From Eledone cirrhosa (Eukaryota), in assembly GCA_964016885.1 (NCBI GenBank), contig OZ024745.1:44516001-44580000 (forward strand): a DNA stretch of 64,000 bases, read 5' to 3'. Numbering within the stretch: the stretch's first letter is position 1; each line of letters opens with the position of its first letter. Shown in pieces: positions 35,991 through 49,285 of the stretch. The notes beneath the pieces are model-generated. The model was not told the origin of the DNA and made no database searches. It saw nothing but the letters and a program-made list of their open reading frames with translations. Made by a program: the position numbers and the translations under genes.

Positions 35991-36864
35991 ATGCAAAATT
36001 TATATGGACTCTAACCTATTTTCCTCTCAGCACTGGTTGAGTGAATGTTACTGATGAGAGAGCAATGAATCTTAAACAGTCATCTGATATTATCAATGTC
36101 TACTTGTTCCTGCCAGATCTTAGAATGACTAGAGAAAAGATAGGATTTTAGTGAATGACCACTGAATGATGTGATAGCTTAAAAGACTAAGAACAAATAC
36201 CTGGATGAAAAACAAATAGTAAAGTGAATACTAACATATTTAATGTAGAGAGGCAAGTAATGATAATTAATTAAAATGATATTAACTAGATAAGTAAGTG
36301 AAATAGTTATAAAAACATGGCTTCAAGTTTCTTGTTTTGATCAGCTGTACACATCATATTACAGGAAAAAGTATTGACACTCCTAAATGGATATGAGAAA
36401 AACCAATGTATATTTATATATCCTTGTCATATAATTGTAATGTATATGCTTTAAAATAGATTGTTATGGAAATACGGCTGATATATAGTGAAATGTATGT
36501 TTACTGACTAAGTGCTCTTGTTATATTCTGGTGAAGATATTTGTTTTTGAAATAGGACATTATAAAATTATTTGATCCCAGCCATTTTGTGAAATTCAAA
36601 TGTTAGATATTGATCAGCATTAACTCTAAACATATAGCATTACTTTAACACTTTTAGTACCATCCTGCCTCAGACTAGCTCTCGTTCTACGACACATCTA
36701 TTCTTGAATCTACAGTTTTCTACAGAAACTGCAGGTTGTGCAAGAAAAAAGTTGTCTGGGGAAAGTAGAGTGCTTTATAATTTGTCCCATTAGTAAATTT
36801 AAGTCACAGGAGGTTTAAATTACCTACGTATATTCTAAAATCTAAAGTCTAATGTCTGTTTCGA

Positions 36865-37130
36865 ACTTGGAGGCTCATCAGGCTGGTGCTTATTTCAGTT
36901 TCCATGGTATTAAGAGACTGAAAGTACAATAACCCCACCTAGACTCGGTGCAAGTCCATTGCAGGGTTAAACCCCCAGCTATTACTGGTACTCATTTTCA
37001 GTTGAGTATACTGGAGCAATGTGAAATGAAGTGTTTTTCTCAAGAATACAACACACAACCCAGTTCAGGAATCGAACCCACGATGTTATGGTCGTAAATC
37101 CAATACCCTTACCACTCGGCCACGTGCCTC
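36865..37130 (-). mobile_element. Diverged SINE family A-like copy
   Basis: ctggagcaatgtgaaatgaagtg..tcaaga; tRNA-like head (ggaatcgaaccc, accactcggcca). Confidence 0.7.
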
Positions 37131-37394
37131 AACTCCTAAATATATTGCCCAGTGTTAAACCATCTTTTCATTAGTACTATCAGGATACAAACTATTGACT
37201 AATGCCTTGGACAACGCTAACTCTCTCAGAAAATATAGAAGAGTATTTCATGAATAAAGATTTAAAAGAAGACAATTAATTAATACAATCTATATTGCTG
37301 TTATGACCTGAATTAAAGAGAGAGGTTGGAAGTATCAAACTAATTACAATAAAACATTGTCTAGTTGTCTGCTATCTACACCATTTCTACCTCT

Positions 37395-37680
37395 TATCAC
37401 CATCCTTGTCATTATCATCATTGTCATCATCATTGGCGTCATCATCACTATTGTCATCATCATCAATATCATCATCATCATAGACCTCTTCATTGTCATC
37501 ATCATCATAATCTTCACCATCATCATCGTCATCATTATCATCATCATCATAATCATCATCATAATCATAATCATCATCATCATCCTAATCATCATCATCA
37601 TCGTTCTCATCGTCATCATCGTTGTCATCATCATTATCATCACCATTTTTGTCATCATCATCATCATCCTTGTCATGTCT
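37395..37680. repeat. Degenerate (ATC)n microsatellite
   Basis: Direct inspection; produces spurious poly-H/I/M ORFs. Confidence 0.95.
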
Positions 37681-38420
37681 GCTTGTCTATAGCTTACATC
37701 CACTTGGATCCTCTGGAACTTCTACACCTAACTATCATCATCCATACACATTACATAGCTTTCTTTTTTCTTTTTCACCCCAAGCAAGGCAATAAAACCA
37801 CTAAAATACAAGGGCTTACTGAGTAGGGAGAAGGTCAAGACAAAGAGGTCAAGACAGAGGCTGTTCCATTGATCGAACAACTGAAACATTCATTGTTGAA
37901 ACCACCAGAGGTCCATTCAATTTCCTATATTCTCTACAAATAATCTGGTCTCACTATCATACAATATATCACTAAGTGTATAAGCATCGTGCAATGTACC
38001 CTTGGAGAAAGAATACTTTTATTGCTAGTAAAGTATCAACTTCCAGGATGGTTTCCATTCTGTTCTTATTCTAACTATTATACTTCCCCCCACTGCTAAT
38101 TAAGTATCATAGGTAACAGAAGTTATCAACAATTTCTGTTGAGCATTCTTAGTAATACCAATAATGATCGAGGAGGCAGTGGCATAGCATAATAAATATA
38201 ATGAAAGTATTTTATTTCCTTCCTTTATGTTCTAATTTAAAATTCCTTTGATGCCAACTTTGCTTTTATTTGATAGACACAGGGGCAATATTTCTAGTGC
38301 AGAGTTAAAAGGTATAGTAAATTCACTGTACTTTACTCGTTGACACCCACCACCACCTACATACACAACCTGGGAGTTTGGAACAGGGACCAGTGTGATT
38401 GAATATTGTAAGGTATTTAA

Positions 38421-38665
38421 CCCTTTCATTACCATATTTCTGGTGAATGACACTGCCTATAACCTTTTAATCATTTCGAAAATAATCAAAAATTTGGATA
38501 ATTTTGTAATATAACAAACTTTTTCAATATTTAACTGATGTTTGGAACATAACTTAACATAAATTCTTACATTAATTTATGTACAATAGAAGTTTTTTTC
38601 ATTTTAGATTAAAATAAATACATTAAAATAAACAGCGTGATTTCAGGTGGTTTGGTATCAAATAA
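38421..38665. mobile_element. piggyBac-like MITE, second family, decayed
   Basis: TTAA + ccctttcattaccatatttc; the reverse complement occurs at 61460-61484 (gaaatatggtaatgaaaggg + ttaa). Confidence 0.55.
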
Positions 38666-38689
38666 ATTGATAATGTACAGCTCTCTCAG

Positions 38690-39031
38690 TATCATCATTT
38701 CATCATCATTTCATTTTACGTCCACTTTTTCCCTGCTTGCAAGGGTGGGATGGGAACTGATTCTGGCTTGATTTCTACAGCTGGATGCCCTTCCTAACAC
38801 CAACCTCATTTACAGTGAGTGCTGGGTGCTTTTTTGCCGTGGCACCTCCACGACCACTTTGCAGTGGAATGATAGGGACCCCTATCATCTCATTTCTACA
38901 GCTGAGTAAACTGGAGCAATGTGAAATAAAGTGTCTTGCTCAAGGAAACAACACATCACCTGGTCTGAGAATTGAACTCACAACCTTTTGATTGCAAGGC
39001 CAATGCTCTAACCACTAAGCCATGTGCCTCC
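38690..39031 (-). mobile_element. SINE family A
   Basis: Nearly identical to 23850-24188. Confidence 0.88.
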
Positions 39032-39339
39032 ATATATTTATATTTATTTATTTATTTATTTATCTCAACATCACAACAGTTGTCTCATCTGCTTACATTT
39101 GGTCTGGTCCCTACTACTCATGATTTCTTGCAACAAACCCCACTTAGTAACAAACAACAATAATAGGATCAAAGCCAGATATTTGGAATAGAGAAGGAAT
39201 CAATATAAACGACCCACCACCACCACCACTTCACCCTATGCATGAATGGTACTTTGTGATACTGATAACTATAGAAGATTTTTAACACTCCATCATGTTA
39301 TGGGAAATGAGTAAATGCTACAATATGTTATCCTCCACA

Positions 39340-40110
39340 ATAACAATAATAATAACAATGGTTTATGATTTAGACACAAGGCCAACAATTTTCAGGATGG
39401 GGGGGGGGGGGCGATTAAACCAACCCCAGTGCATTACTGGTACTTCATTTTATCGACTCTGTAAGGATGAAAGGCAAAGTTAGCCTCAGCGGGATTTGAA
39501 CTCAGAATGTAAAGGGCCGTAACTTGATGCTGAAAAACATGTTGTCAGACGCCCTAATGACTCTGCCAATCCACTACTATCTAGCAATAATAATAATAAT
39601 TGTTTCTACTTTTGGCACAAGGCCAGCAATTACCCAGTGCATTACTGGTACTTTATTTTATCGACCCTGTAAGGATGAAAGGCAAAGTTAACCTCGGTGG
39701 GATTTGAACTCAGACTGTAAAGGGACGTAACTATGCTAGAAAGCATGGCGTCCAACCCTCTACCAATACTGCCAACCCACCGTAATAATGGTTTTTGATT
39801 TAGGTACAAGGCCAACAATTCTTTGGGGAGGGGAAAGGCTATTAAATCAACCTCAGTGCATTACTGGTACTTTATTTTATCAACCCTGGAAGAATGAAAA
39901 GTAAACAACAGGACCAGAAATGTTTAGAGGGAAGTACAGTCAATTATATCAACCCCAGTATTTGACTGGTTCTGTATTTAATTCCCCATCCTCAATAATA
40001 AAATGTGAAATTAACAACTCAGCAAAATTTGAACTTTAACGTTTAAAGAGTCAGATGATATATGTCCAGGCATTTTCTTCAATACTCTAATGATTCCACC
40101 AATTTACCAC
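39340..40110 (-). mobile_element. Cluster of four same-orientation SINE family B copies
   Basis: Repeated ggcacaaggccagcaatt..ttactggtactttattttatcgaccc..ggatgaaaggcaaag..ggatttgaactc blocks joined through (TAA)n. Confidence 0.85.
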
Positions 40111-40170
40111 TCAGAGCCAACTCACAACTTTAAAACCACCACTATTTAACAACACCACACACTACCTTAA

Positions 40171-40389
40171 CCCTTTAGCATTTAAACCGGCCATATCCAG
40201 CCAGAATTCTCACACTGCTTTCTGTTCAAACTGGCTGTAACTGGCTGCTCATAATGATGTTAAGGCATTGTTGTCAAAATAAATAATATAAAAATCTCAT
40301 AGATTCAATATTATGTGAGATAATTGTTAAATAAAGTGTTTACCATGAAAATACAATAGCATGTATAGAATAATGTAAATGCTAAAGGG
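40171..40389. mobile_element. piggyBac-like MITE
   Basis: 14-bp TIR ccctttagcattta / taaatgctaaaggg, TTAA on both sides; sister copy at 62436-62645. Confidence 0.9.
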
Positions 40390-40642
40390 TTAACACCACC
40401 AATACCCTATCACTATTTACCCTAACCCCAATTCAGTGCCCATACACCACTGCCATAGTACCAACTCACTGTCTGTTGAACCAACGAATAAGATTGTATG
40501 TGGCCAGTTGACCTGCTAGAATATAAATCTCCTTTAAATAACACCCTACTGCTTGAAAAAAATATGAGATGGTCATGGCTGAATGCCTTTGACTATGGGT
40601 TTGCTGTATAAGAGCTGACATGGGGCTAAACATCAACAAAAC

Positions 40643-41005
40643 AATAATTGTTTCTACTTTTGACACAAGGCCAGCTATTATCCCAGTGCATAGCTGGTGC
40701 TTTATTTTATCAACCCCGTAAGGATGAAATGCAAAGTTAACCTCGGCGGGATTTGAACTCAGACTGTAAAGGGCTGTAACTCTATGCTGCAAAACATGGC
40801 GTCCGATCCTCTACCAATATTGCCAATCCACCGCCCTAATCTTAGTACAAGGGAGGAAATATTGAGTAATGCAGAGACATTAATAAATAATATGTTTCTG
40901 ATTTTAGCACAAGGCCAACAATTTTTGGGGAGGGAAGGGGAAAGTTGATTAAATCGACCCCAGTGCATTGTTGGTACTTTATTTTACTGACCATGTAAGG
41001 ATGAA
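40643..41005 (-). mobile_element. Two SINE family B copies
   Basis: Family B core and head motifs. Confidence 0.8.
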
Positions 41006-41068
41006 ATTATGATAATGATAACACTGGTCAACACTTTTTGCTGACTTAGGTTTTGTTGTTGTCTTTAG

Positions 41069-41890
41069 CTAATTTTGAGGTTCTGGTTTCATAGCAAAAT
41101 CGTCATCATTTTCAAAATGTTTTCTCAACCCTTCTGCAAACTTTCTATTTTCCTTTGTAATTGAATGTAACCTCTTCTTCCTTTCATGATCTACAATCAT
41201 CTGTAATTTGAAGGTATTGTTCGAGTCCAATGGTTGATATTTTGTATGACAGCTCAACCTGGATCATTCCTCTACCTACATTTTGTCAATGGAAATAAAG
41301 GCATCTGCTTTTGGGTGATGTAATTCATCACAGGTCAGGATTTTCCTGATTTGGGTGTCTATTTTCTTTATTTCATTAACAATCCAATTTATGATATTAA
41401 AACTATAGGAGACAACTGGGATTACAAGCTCATTTATGGCAGAGATAAACTCAGTTTTTAAGACAGCATATATACTGCCTCCACAAGAAGAAGAAGAAGA
41501 AGAAGAAGAAGAAATATCCTCATCCATGTTATCAATCTTGTCTTTCAGCTTGACCCTACTCTGTTGTGTTTCTGATACATTCAATTTTCCATAGAATCTC
41601 TCCTGGTGACAACATAGCCAATATGTTTTGTGGGGTCTTTTCTTTCACATATTTATTTCTATCCCTTTCTCATATTGGTATTCTTAATCGTTTTCAACAT
41701 TCTTCTTAATTTCATTTAACTCTACATCTGTTAGTCTCTTGTTTCTAAGAATATTTCTTCTTACATTTGCAAGTTTGTTTTTGTCCTGGTTTAGTCTCAT
41801 TTCTGGATTTCTTTGCCTCCTAAAAGAATTTAATGTGTGTTTTGATTCCAATGGTTTGCCCAATGAGTGATAGAATGCATATATCACTTC
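41069..41890 (-). mobile_element. Decayed R4/Dong-type LINE pieces
   Basis: AINELVIPVVSYSFNIINW..EIKKIDTQIRKILT..HHPKAD (R4 RT C-terminal region) and LANVRRNILRNKRLTDVELNEIK (N-terminal region). Confidence 0.7.
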
Positions 41891-41994
41891 AGTGATGCTG
41901 AACTTGAAGGGCTTGGGTTGAGATTATTCTCATTCAAGTAATCATTCAAGTCCATATTTGGAGAAGAGCTTGTTTCAGCTGCATACTTTATCAA

Positions 41995-42435
41995 CATTTT
42001 CTAATCTAGACACAAGAGCCTGCAATTTTTTTCTTTCTAATCTATACACAAGGGCCTGCAATTTTTTTTTTCAAGGATGGGGGAGGGGGGAGTCGAATAA
42101 ATCAACCCTAGTACTTGATTAATAGTTTGTTTTATCAACCCAGGAAGGCTGAAAGACAAAATTGACCTTGGTAGGATTTGATCTCAGAAATAAAAGAATC
42201 GAAAAATCCCAATAACGATTTTTTTTTTTTTTTTTTTTTTTACATAAGATAGGGCCAGAAATTTTTTGCAGAAGGAACATTTAATTACATCAAGTGGTAC
42301 ATATTTTAACAAAGTTCAGAAATAGGAAAGGCAAAATCGACCTTAACAGAATTTGAAAACAAAATATAAAGGAATGCAGATAATTGTTGTTGGGAATTTT
42401 TAATGCCATTCTATCAACTCTGTAATCTCACCACT
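41995..42435 (-). mobile_element. Diverged SINE family B-like copies
   Basis: tcaaccc..gaaagacaaaattgaccttggtaggatttga and similar blocks. Confidence 0.55.
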
Positions 42436-42469
42436 AAATATAATGATAGGGATAGTCATTAAAAACAAC

Positions 42470-42920
42470 ACTAATTAGCATTTTCTCACTCAGAAATGCG
42501 GACATCTGAACTGCATGACAGAGCGATGATAATACTAATAACAATAGGCCTGAACAAGGAAAAACGATCCGGCCTGATTGTAGATGTAGCCCCTTTGACA
42601 CAAGAGTGCAAGAAAAGGAGAGGAAATTAACTGATACCAGAATTTAAAGCAGGAATTAAAAAGGATTTGGGACTCTCATGAGATCAAGGTCGTCCCGATT
42701 GTCATAGGAGCACTAGGTACTATCTCGAAGAATTTTCAAGAATGGTTAAAGAACATTAGTCCAGCCCTCTTTTTTTGGAACAACAAAAATTCTCTGATAC
42801 GTCCTGAACATCTGAGCCTGCAGGTAGCGGCTTGATGTTCATTTGAACAAACTTTCCAGTTAAATAACATCAATGACTGAGACTCCAAGAAAGTAATAAA
42901 AACAATACTAATAATAATAA
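42470..42920 (+). mobile_element. R4/Dong-type LINE 3' end (RLE remnant) with (TAA)n tail
   Basis: IVDVAP..KEKERK..ELKRIW..EIKVVPIVIGALGTISKNFQEWLKNI; short UTR, then taataataataa. Confidence 0.7.
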
Positions 42921-43110
42921 TCTACAGAGTTTAAAAAATTGTGCTGACTTCAACCTCTCATTTTCTCAAGAAGTTTCTCTCTAACTAAAGCATATATTCC
43001 TTATGTCTCGGCATGAAGACAAAATAACATGGAAATCAAATTTTAAAAAATAATAATATTAAATAATAATAAATATTCTGTGTTAAACAGAGAAATAAAG
43101 AAAGACTTAC

Positions 43111-43149
43111 TTTAAGATAATGTAAGTATCTTAGCAAATTTTCTAGATC
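43111..43149 (-). other. Candidate 39-nt coding micro-exon (DLENLLRYLHYLK)
   Basis: Acceptor ctttactttgtttcAG, donor AAA|GTAAGT, phase 0-0, no stop. Confidence 0.5.
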
Positions 43150-43799
43150 CTGAAACAAAGTAAAGCATACATGAAATGGAAGGATGAAATCTTTCAATAC
43201 TGTTGAAGGACTTATGGTATTTAAGTTAAAACACTACTATATATTATCCTCAATTCTGCTCTTTACTCCAGGATATGGTGATTGAAACTATATTTTGGGA
43301 TGGTGAAATAAAATTAATAAAATTGATAAAAAAAAAACACATTAAAAACAGCTAGAACAGGATTTTATTTTCCTGGTCATGGCAGAAACAAAAGTTAAGA
43401 AAATTGAAGTGGATTGATGATTATAATGTTGATGTTGTTCATACAAACACACACATACACATACATATATATATACACATACAAACATAAATATACACAC
43501 ACTTACATACATACATATATACAAACATATACATAGATACACACATACATGTGTACGTATGTACATACATATATACATATATACATTTGTCATTTATATA
43601 TTTCTACCACATTGTGCTGGCTTGTACAGAAACTTAGTCATTTATTACATATCTCATAATGCTTCATATTAACTATACTACTTTATATATATCATCATTG
43701 TCGTTTTAACATCAGCTTTCCCTGATACATATATAATTTCAAATCAAATTAGCCAAGAGTTATGATAAATGATATATATATATATTAAAATAGCAGATT

Positions 43800-44830
43800 A
43801 AAGCTGAATCGCTGCTTTCATCCTTAAGGGGATTTTCTGAAACTAAAAGAAAAAAACCAATCTGTGAACACAGTAAATATTTTGAAAAACGTTGCAGCCA
43901 AAGGAAAACAGGAAGATGATACTTTGGTTCGTGAAGACATTCCCTGGCAATGAACGGAAAAAAGCAAAGATAATACGTCGTTATGTGGAGCGATGAGAAC
44001 AAATACACGCAAAGACAAAACCACGTTTATGGTATAAATGGAGTCGTAGACTAATATTCTATTTAAGAAACCGAATGATTCTCGGCTTTGGAGAATAATT
44101 CTTTCACGGTGATTGATTGGTTCAATGGCATATGGAACAAGGAACATTGCCGTTTTTTCCAATTCAACATCAATAACTACTACTCCTCCATCATTTTACC
44201 ACTTCTTCTTAGAGCTATCAATTTCGTTAAAACACTCACGGTGGTTATGGATTTCGAAGTTGATGTCATCCTCAATGCTCGTAAGTTGGTGATTAATTTC
44301 GACGACTCTATTTGGATTAAAAAAATCTAATAGTACCCCATTCGACGTGAGTATGGGCACCAGCGATTCGGCGGAGGTTACAGATCTTATCGGCCTTTTC
44401 CTTCTTTTCTCTATCAAGGAAGAATTCCCTAATGTGGGCGGTGGTTTGTACCACTATGACAGTCTTTTGACCATGACAAAGTGTGGTCCCCGCGCTTGCG
44501 ACAGGTTTAGAAAAGAATTCACAGCCTTCTTTAAAGGCTTCAACCTCAACATTACCCTCAATTTGTCGAATGGCTTGCACTACCCGTATAGAAAGCCGAA
44601 TGATACGCTTAATTACATAAGTAAGCATTCTAACCATCCTGCCAGCATAACCAAGAACCTGGTAAGAAACGTTTCTTTGACGCTTTCCCATCTATCTACA
44701 AACGAGTATATTTTCACCGACCATTCCACATATTACAATGAAGCTCTTGCTCGGAGGGGATTTGTCGATAAGATAGCATACACTAAGTATGAGCATAAAC
44801 CTAGGAAAAATAGATATACTTCCATGTACT
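43800..44830 (+). mobile_element. Penelope-like element RT fragment (resembles Naiad-type PLEs)
   Basis: QFNINNYYSSI, FDVSMGTSDSAEVTDLIGLFLL, GLYHYDSL (degenerate YRDD), YPYRKPNDTLNYISKHSNHPASI. Confidence 0.8.
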
Positions 44831-44929
44831 GTGCCATTTGTTTTGATATTTTTGTTACTTTTAAATACATATATATATATATATAGTATCAGCAAATGTG
44901 CAAAGAAAAACAGTTATGTGGGGTAGAGG

Positions 44930-46300
44930 GCAGGGGTACATGCAAGAGTGGACTATGAGCATATGTCATCTGTTGCTCACACAAAACCTGTTACCATTCG
45001 CTAAACAAATGACATATTACACATACATGGTGGGTACTGGGGTCCAGCAAGACGCAGACTCACAGAGCAAAGTAGCAATACCACACAATGGGTAAAAATG
45101 TGTGAGATACAACAAAACACATCCTCCGTCTTTCAGGAACAGGAAAAGAATTTAACACCTGTGTACTTCTCTTCCCATCAGGGTTGCCACTGTCAATATT
45201 GGCGTGATGGAAGAGAGTGTGAAGATGTTGATGTAGGGGCACATAGATGAGTGCTGTGTGCAACATGTAAGATAGGGAGGGGCTTCAACCAAACACATAA
45301 CAGACAAAGAACGTGTACAAATTCTTCTGGCTGAGTAACAGTGACAGATTAAATGGGGTAAGAATGCTGCTGCCTGAAATATGGGTGGATAAAATGTTCA
45401 AGATAGTCAGGGTAAATAATAGGATAGTTTAACTTATGCTAACCCTATGATAATCTCTACATGTGTCCCACAAACTGAGACAGCAGATAAGTAGAAGGAC
45501 CAGTTCCATGAGGACCTTCAGCAAATTGCCTTCATGACAAATGATGATATCATCGAAGCCAATAACTTCAATAGCCATGTTGGGAAACACTGCAACAGCT
45601 TCCTTAGAATACATATGGGTATGGTAAAAGAAATGAGAAGTGATCAAGGCTTCTGGGGTTCTGCACATTTTCTTGACCATCTGAATACCTAGCAATCAGG
45701 GGATCATACAAACCAAATTGACTTTGTCTTCATCAGGATGTGAGATAGACAAATGGTTATAAGTTCTTACCTGAGGACGAATATACCTCCCAACATAGAT
45801 TTGTTATCAGTGATAGAGTAAAGGCTAGATAGACTGAGAGACTAAAGTCAGTCAGGAGAAGGAGGGACATTGAAACTGAAAACATTTCTAGCTGGTAACA
45901 AATTCAGACAAGTCCCACAGTAAACCTATGAGAGTGAGGAAGAGGAGTTGGGGATCAATAACAGAAACAAAATTGAGAATTCCTACAAGACACCCTACTG
46001 AAAGCCACAAATCAGATCTGCAACTGGAGCAGGGTCCCTACTAGACAGAGGATGATGTAGTGATGGAATGATAGGGTAGACAGAGCTATAAAAACAAAAA
46101 GACAGGCCTGAAAAAACTGGATGAAAGCTGGAACAGAGGGAAGTACCTAATAGTTAGAAGAGAGGCAAGGTGACAGGCAGATATGTTTAGTAAAGGTAGA
46201 AGCAGAGAGAAAGAAGTTAATGTATATTCTACATCATGAGGATCAAAAGCAAGAAGTGTTTCTGATTACAAGACAGTGAGCTAGAGAAACATGAGATGTA
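44930..46300 (+). mobile_element. Highly decayed RTE-like LINE (EN and linker region)
   Basis: Remnants resembling YKFFW, QIDFVF and TSQHRFVISD, with many stops. Confidence 0.55.
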
Positions 46301-46369
46301 GTTGGGGTGTAGCCAAAACAAATATGAGTAGGATAGATATATTCTATGACTAGGGTAAATATATTTACA

Positions 46370-48895
46370 GATCCATAGGGTAGATATGGCTAGGATATAT
46401 ATATATATATATATCTCATAGGTTGTAGGAGAACTGTGGATAGGGTATGTATATTCCATAGGTAGGGTATATATATTCCATAGCTAGGGTAGATATATAT
46501 ATTCCATAGCTAGGGTAGATATATATATTCCATAGCTAGGGTAGATAGATATATTCCATAGCTAGGGTAGATATATATATTCCATAGCTAGGGTAGATAT
46601 ATTTCATAGCTATGGTAGATATATTCCATAGCTAGGGTAGATACGTATTTCATAGCTAGGGTAGATATATTCCATAGCTATGGTAGATATATTCCATAGC
46701 TAGGGTAGATATATATATTCCATAGCTAGGGTAGATATATTCCATAGCTATGGTAGATATATTCCATAGCTAGGGTAGATACGTATTCCATAGCTAGGGT
46801 ATATATATTCAATAGCTAGGGTAGATATATTCCATAGCTAGGGTAGATATATATATTCCATAGCTAGGGTAGATATATTCCATAGCTAGGGTAGATATAT
46901 ATTTCATAGCCAGGGTGTATATATTTCATAGCTAGGATATATATATTCCATAGCTAGGGTAGAGAAATTCTATAGCTAGGGTAGATATATATATTCCATA
47001 GCTAGGGTAGATATATTTCATAGCTAGGGTAGATATATTCCATAGCTAGGGTAGATATATATTTCATAGCCACGGTGTATATATTTCATAGCTAGGATAT
47101 ATATTTCATAGCTAGGGTATATATATTCTATAACTAGGGTAGATATATATTTCATAGCCAGGGTGTATATATTTCATACCTAGGATATATATATTCCATA
47201 GCTAGGGTATATATATATTCCATAGCTAGGGTATATATATATTCCATAGCTAGGGCATGTATATTTCATAGCTAGGGTATATATATTCCATAGCTAGGGT
47301 ATATATATTTCATAGCTAGGGTAGATATACTCCATAGCTAGGGTAGATATATATTTCATAGCTAGGGTATATATATTCTATAGCTAGGGTAGATATACTC
47401 CATAGCTAGGGTATATATATATTCCATAGCTAGGGTATATATATTCCATAGCTCGGGTATATATATATTTCATAGCTAGGGTATATATATATATTCCAAA
47501 GCTAGGGTAGATATATATGTTCCATAGCTAGGGTAGATATATATGTCATAGCTAGGGTAGATATATATATATTCCATAGCTAGGGTATATATATTTCATA
47601 CCTAGGGTATATATATTTCATAGCTAGGGTAGATATATTACATAGCTAGGGTAGATATACTCCATAGCTAGAGTAGATATATATTTCATAGTTAGGGTAT
47701 ATATATTCCATAGCTAGGGTAGATATACTCCATAGCTAGGGTATCTATATATTCCATAGCTAGGGTATATATATTCCATAGCTAGGGTAGATATATATTT
47801 CATAGCTCGGGTATATATATATTTCATAGCTAGGGTATATATATTCCATAGCTAGGGTATATATATTTCATAGCTAGGGTATATATATTTCATAGCTAGG
47901 GTAGATATATTACATAGCTAGGGTAGATATACTCCGTAGCTAGGGTATCTATATATTCCATAGCTAGGGTATATATATTCCATAGCTAGGGTATATATAT
48001 TTCATACCTAGGGTATATATATATTCCATAGCTAGGGTAGATATATTCCGTAACTCAGGTATATATATATTCCATAGTTAGGGTAATATATTTCATAGCT
48101 AGGGTAGGTAGATATATATTTCATAGCTAGGGTATATATATTCCATAGCTAGGCTATATATATATTTCATAGCTAGGGTATATATATTTCATAGCTAGGG
48201 TAGATATATATTTCATAGCTAGGGTATATATATTTCATAGCTAGGGTAGATATATATTTCATAGCTAGGGTATATATATTTCATAGCTAGGGTAGATATA
48301 TATTTCATAGCTAGGGTATATATATTTCATAGCTAGGGTAGATATATATTTCATAGCTAGGGTATATATATTTCATAGCTAGGGTATATATATTTCATAG
48401 CTAGGGTAGATATATATTTCATAGCTAGGGTATATATATTTCATAGCTAGGGTAGATATATATTTCATAGCTAGGGTATATATATTTCATAGCTAGGGTA
48501 TATATATTTCATAGCTAGGGTAGATATATATTTCATAGCTAGGGTATATATATTTCATAGCCAGGGTATATATATATATATTTAATGACTAGCTAAGGTA
48601 GATATATTCCGTAGCTAGGGTAGATATATATTTCATAGCTAGGGTATATATATTTCATAGCTAGGGTAGATATATATTTCATAGCTAGGGTAGATATATA
48701 TTCCATAGCTAGGCTATATATATTTCATAGCTAGGGTATATATATTTCATAGCTAGGGTAGATATATATTTCATAGCTAGGGTAGATATATATTCCATAG
48801 CTAGGGTATATATATTTCATAGCTATATATATATATATTTAATGACTTTAGGGTAGATATATTTCATAGCTAGGGTATATATATATTTCATAGAT
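46370..48895. repeat. Compound minisatellite, 22-28 bp unit catagctagggta(ga)(TA)n-tt
   Basis: About 100 units with a fixed core and variable (TA)n length. Confidence 0.97.
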
Positions 48896-49206
48896 CTGTA
48901 GGCAGTAGCGGACTGGGTCTAAAAATATTGGTTGCCAGTAGATAAAAGGGGCCCACCCATATATAGAATGCTATCATTTAATTTTTATAAGGAATAAATA
49001 ACATTTTCAAAAATACGTAAGTGAAAACAAAACAGCGCAATCAAATTTTTGCCTGAAAAAATGTGCATTTTTTACTCATTATAGTGTATATATACTGTAC
49101 ATGTTATTGATAGTATACAGTAATACTAAATGTTAATACAGAATGTTATATTTGAATTTTAAAATAATTGTGAATGTATAGTATAGTGTATAGTATACTG
49201 TCTTAC

Positions 49207-49285
49207 CTGCTCCAATAAAAAGTATACACATCCAGGGACTTTCAATAATGACCTTTGGCCTTTCACACTCATTCAATATATATAT
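49207..49285 (-). other. Candidate exon (IYILNECERPKVIIESPWMCILFIGA)
   Basis: Strong donor CAG|GTAAGA; weaker acceptor ctcccAG. Confidence 0.35.

Noticed and set aside
37344-37826. His-rich, Met-rich and Ile-rich ORFs
   Set aside because: These are translations of a degenerate (ATC)n microsatellite in different frames.
46370-48895. CRISPR-like or telomeric array
   Set aside because: The variable parts are only (TA)n length changes; this is not a TTAGGG-type telomere repeat.
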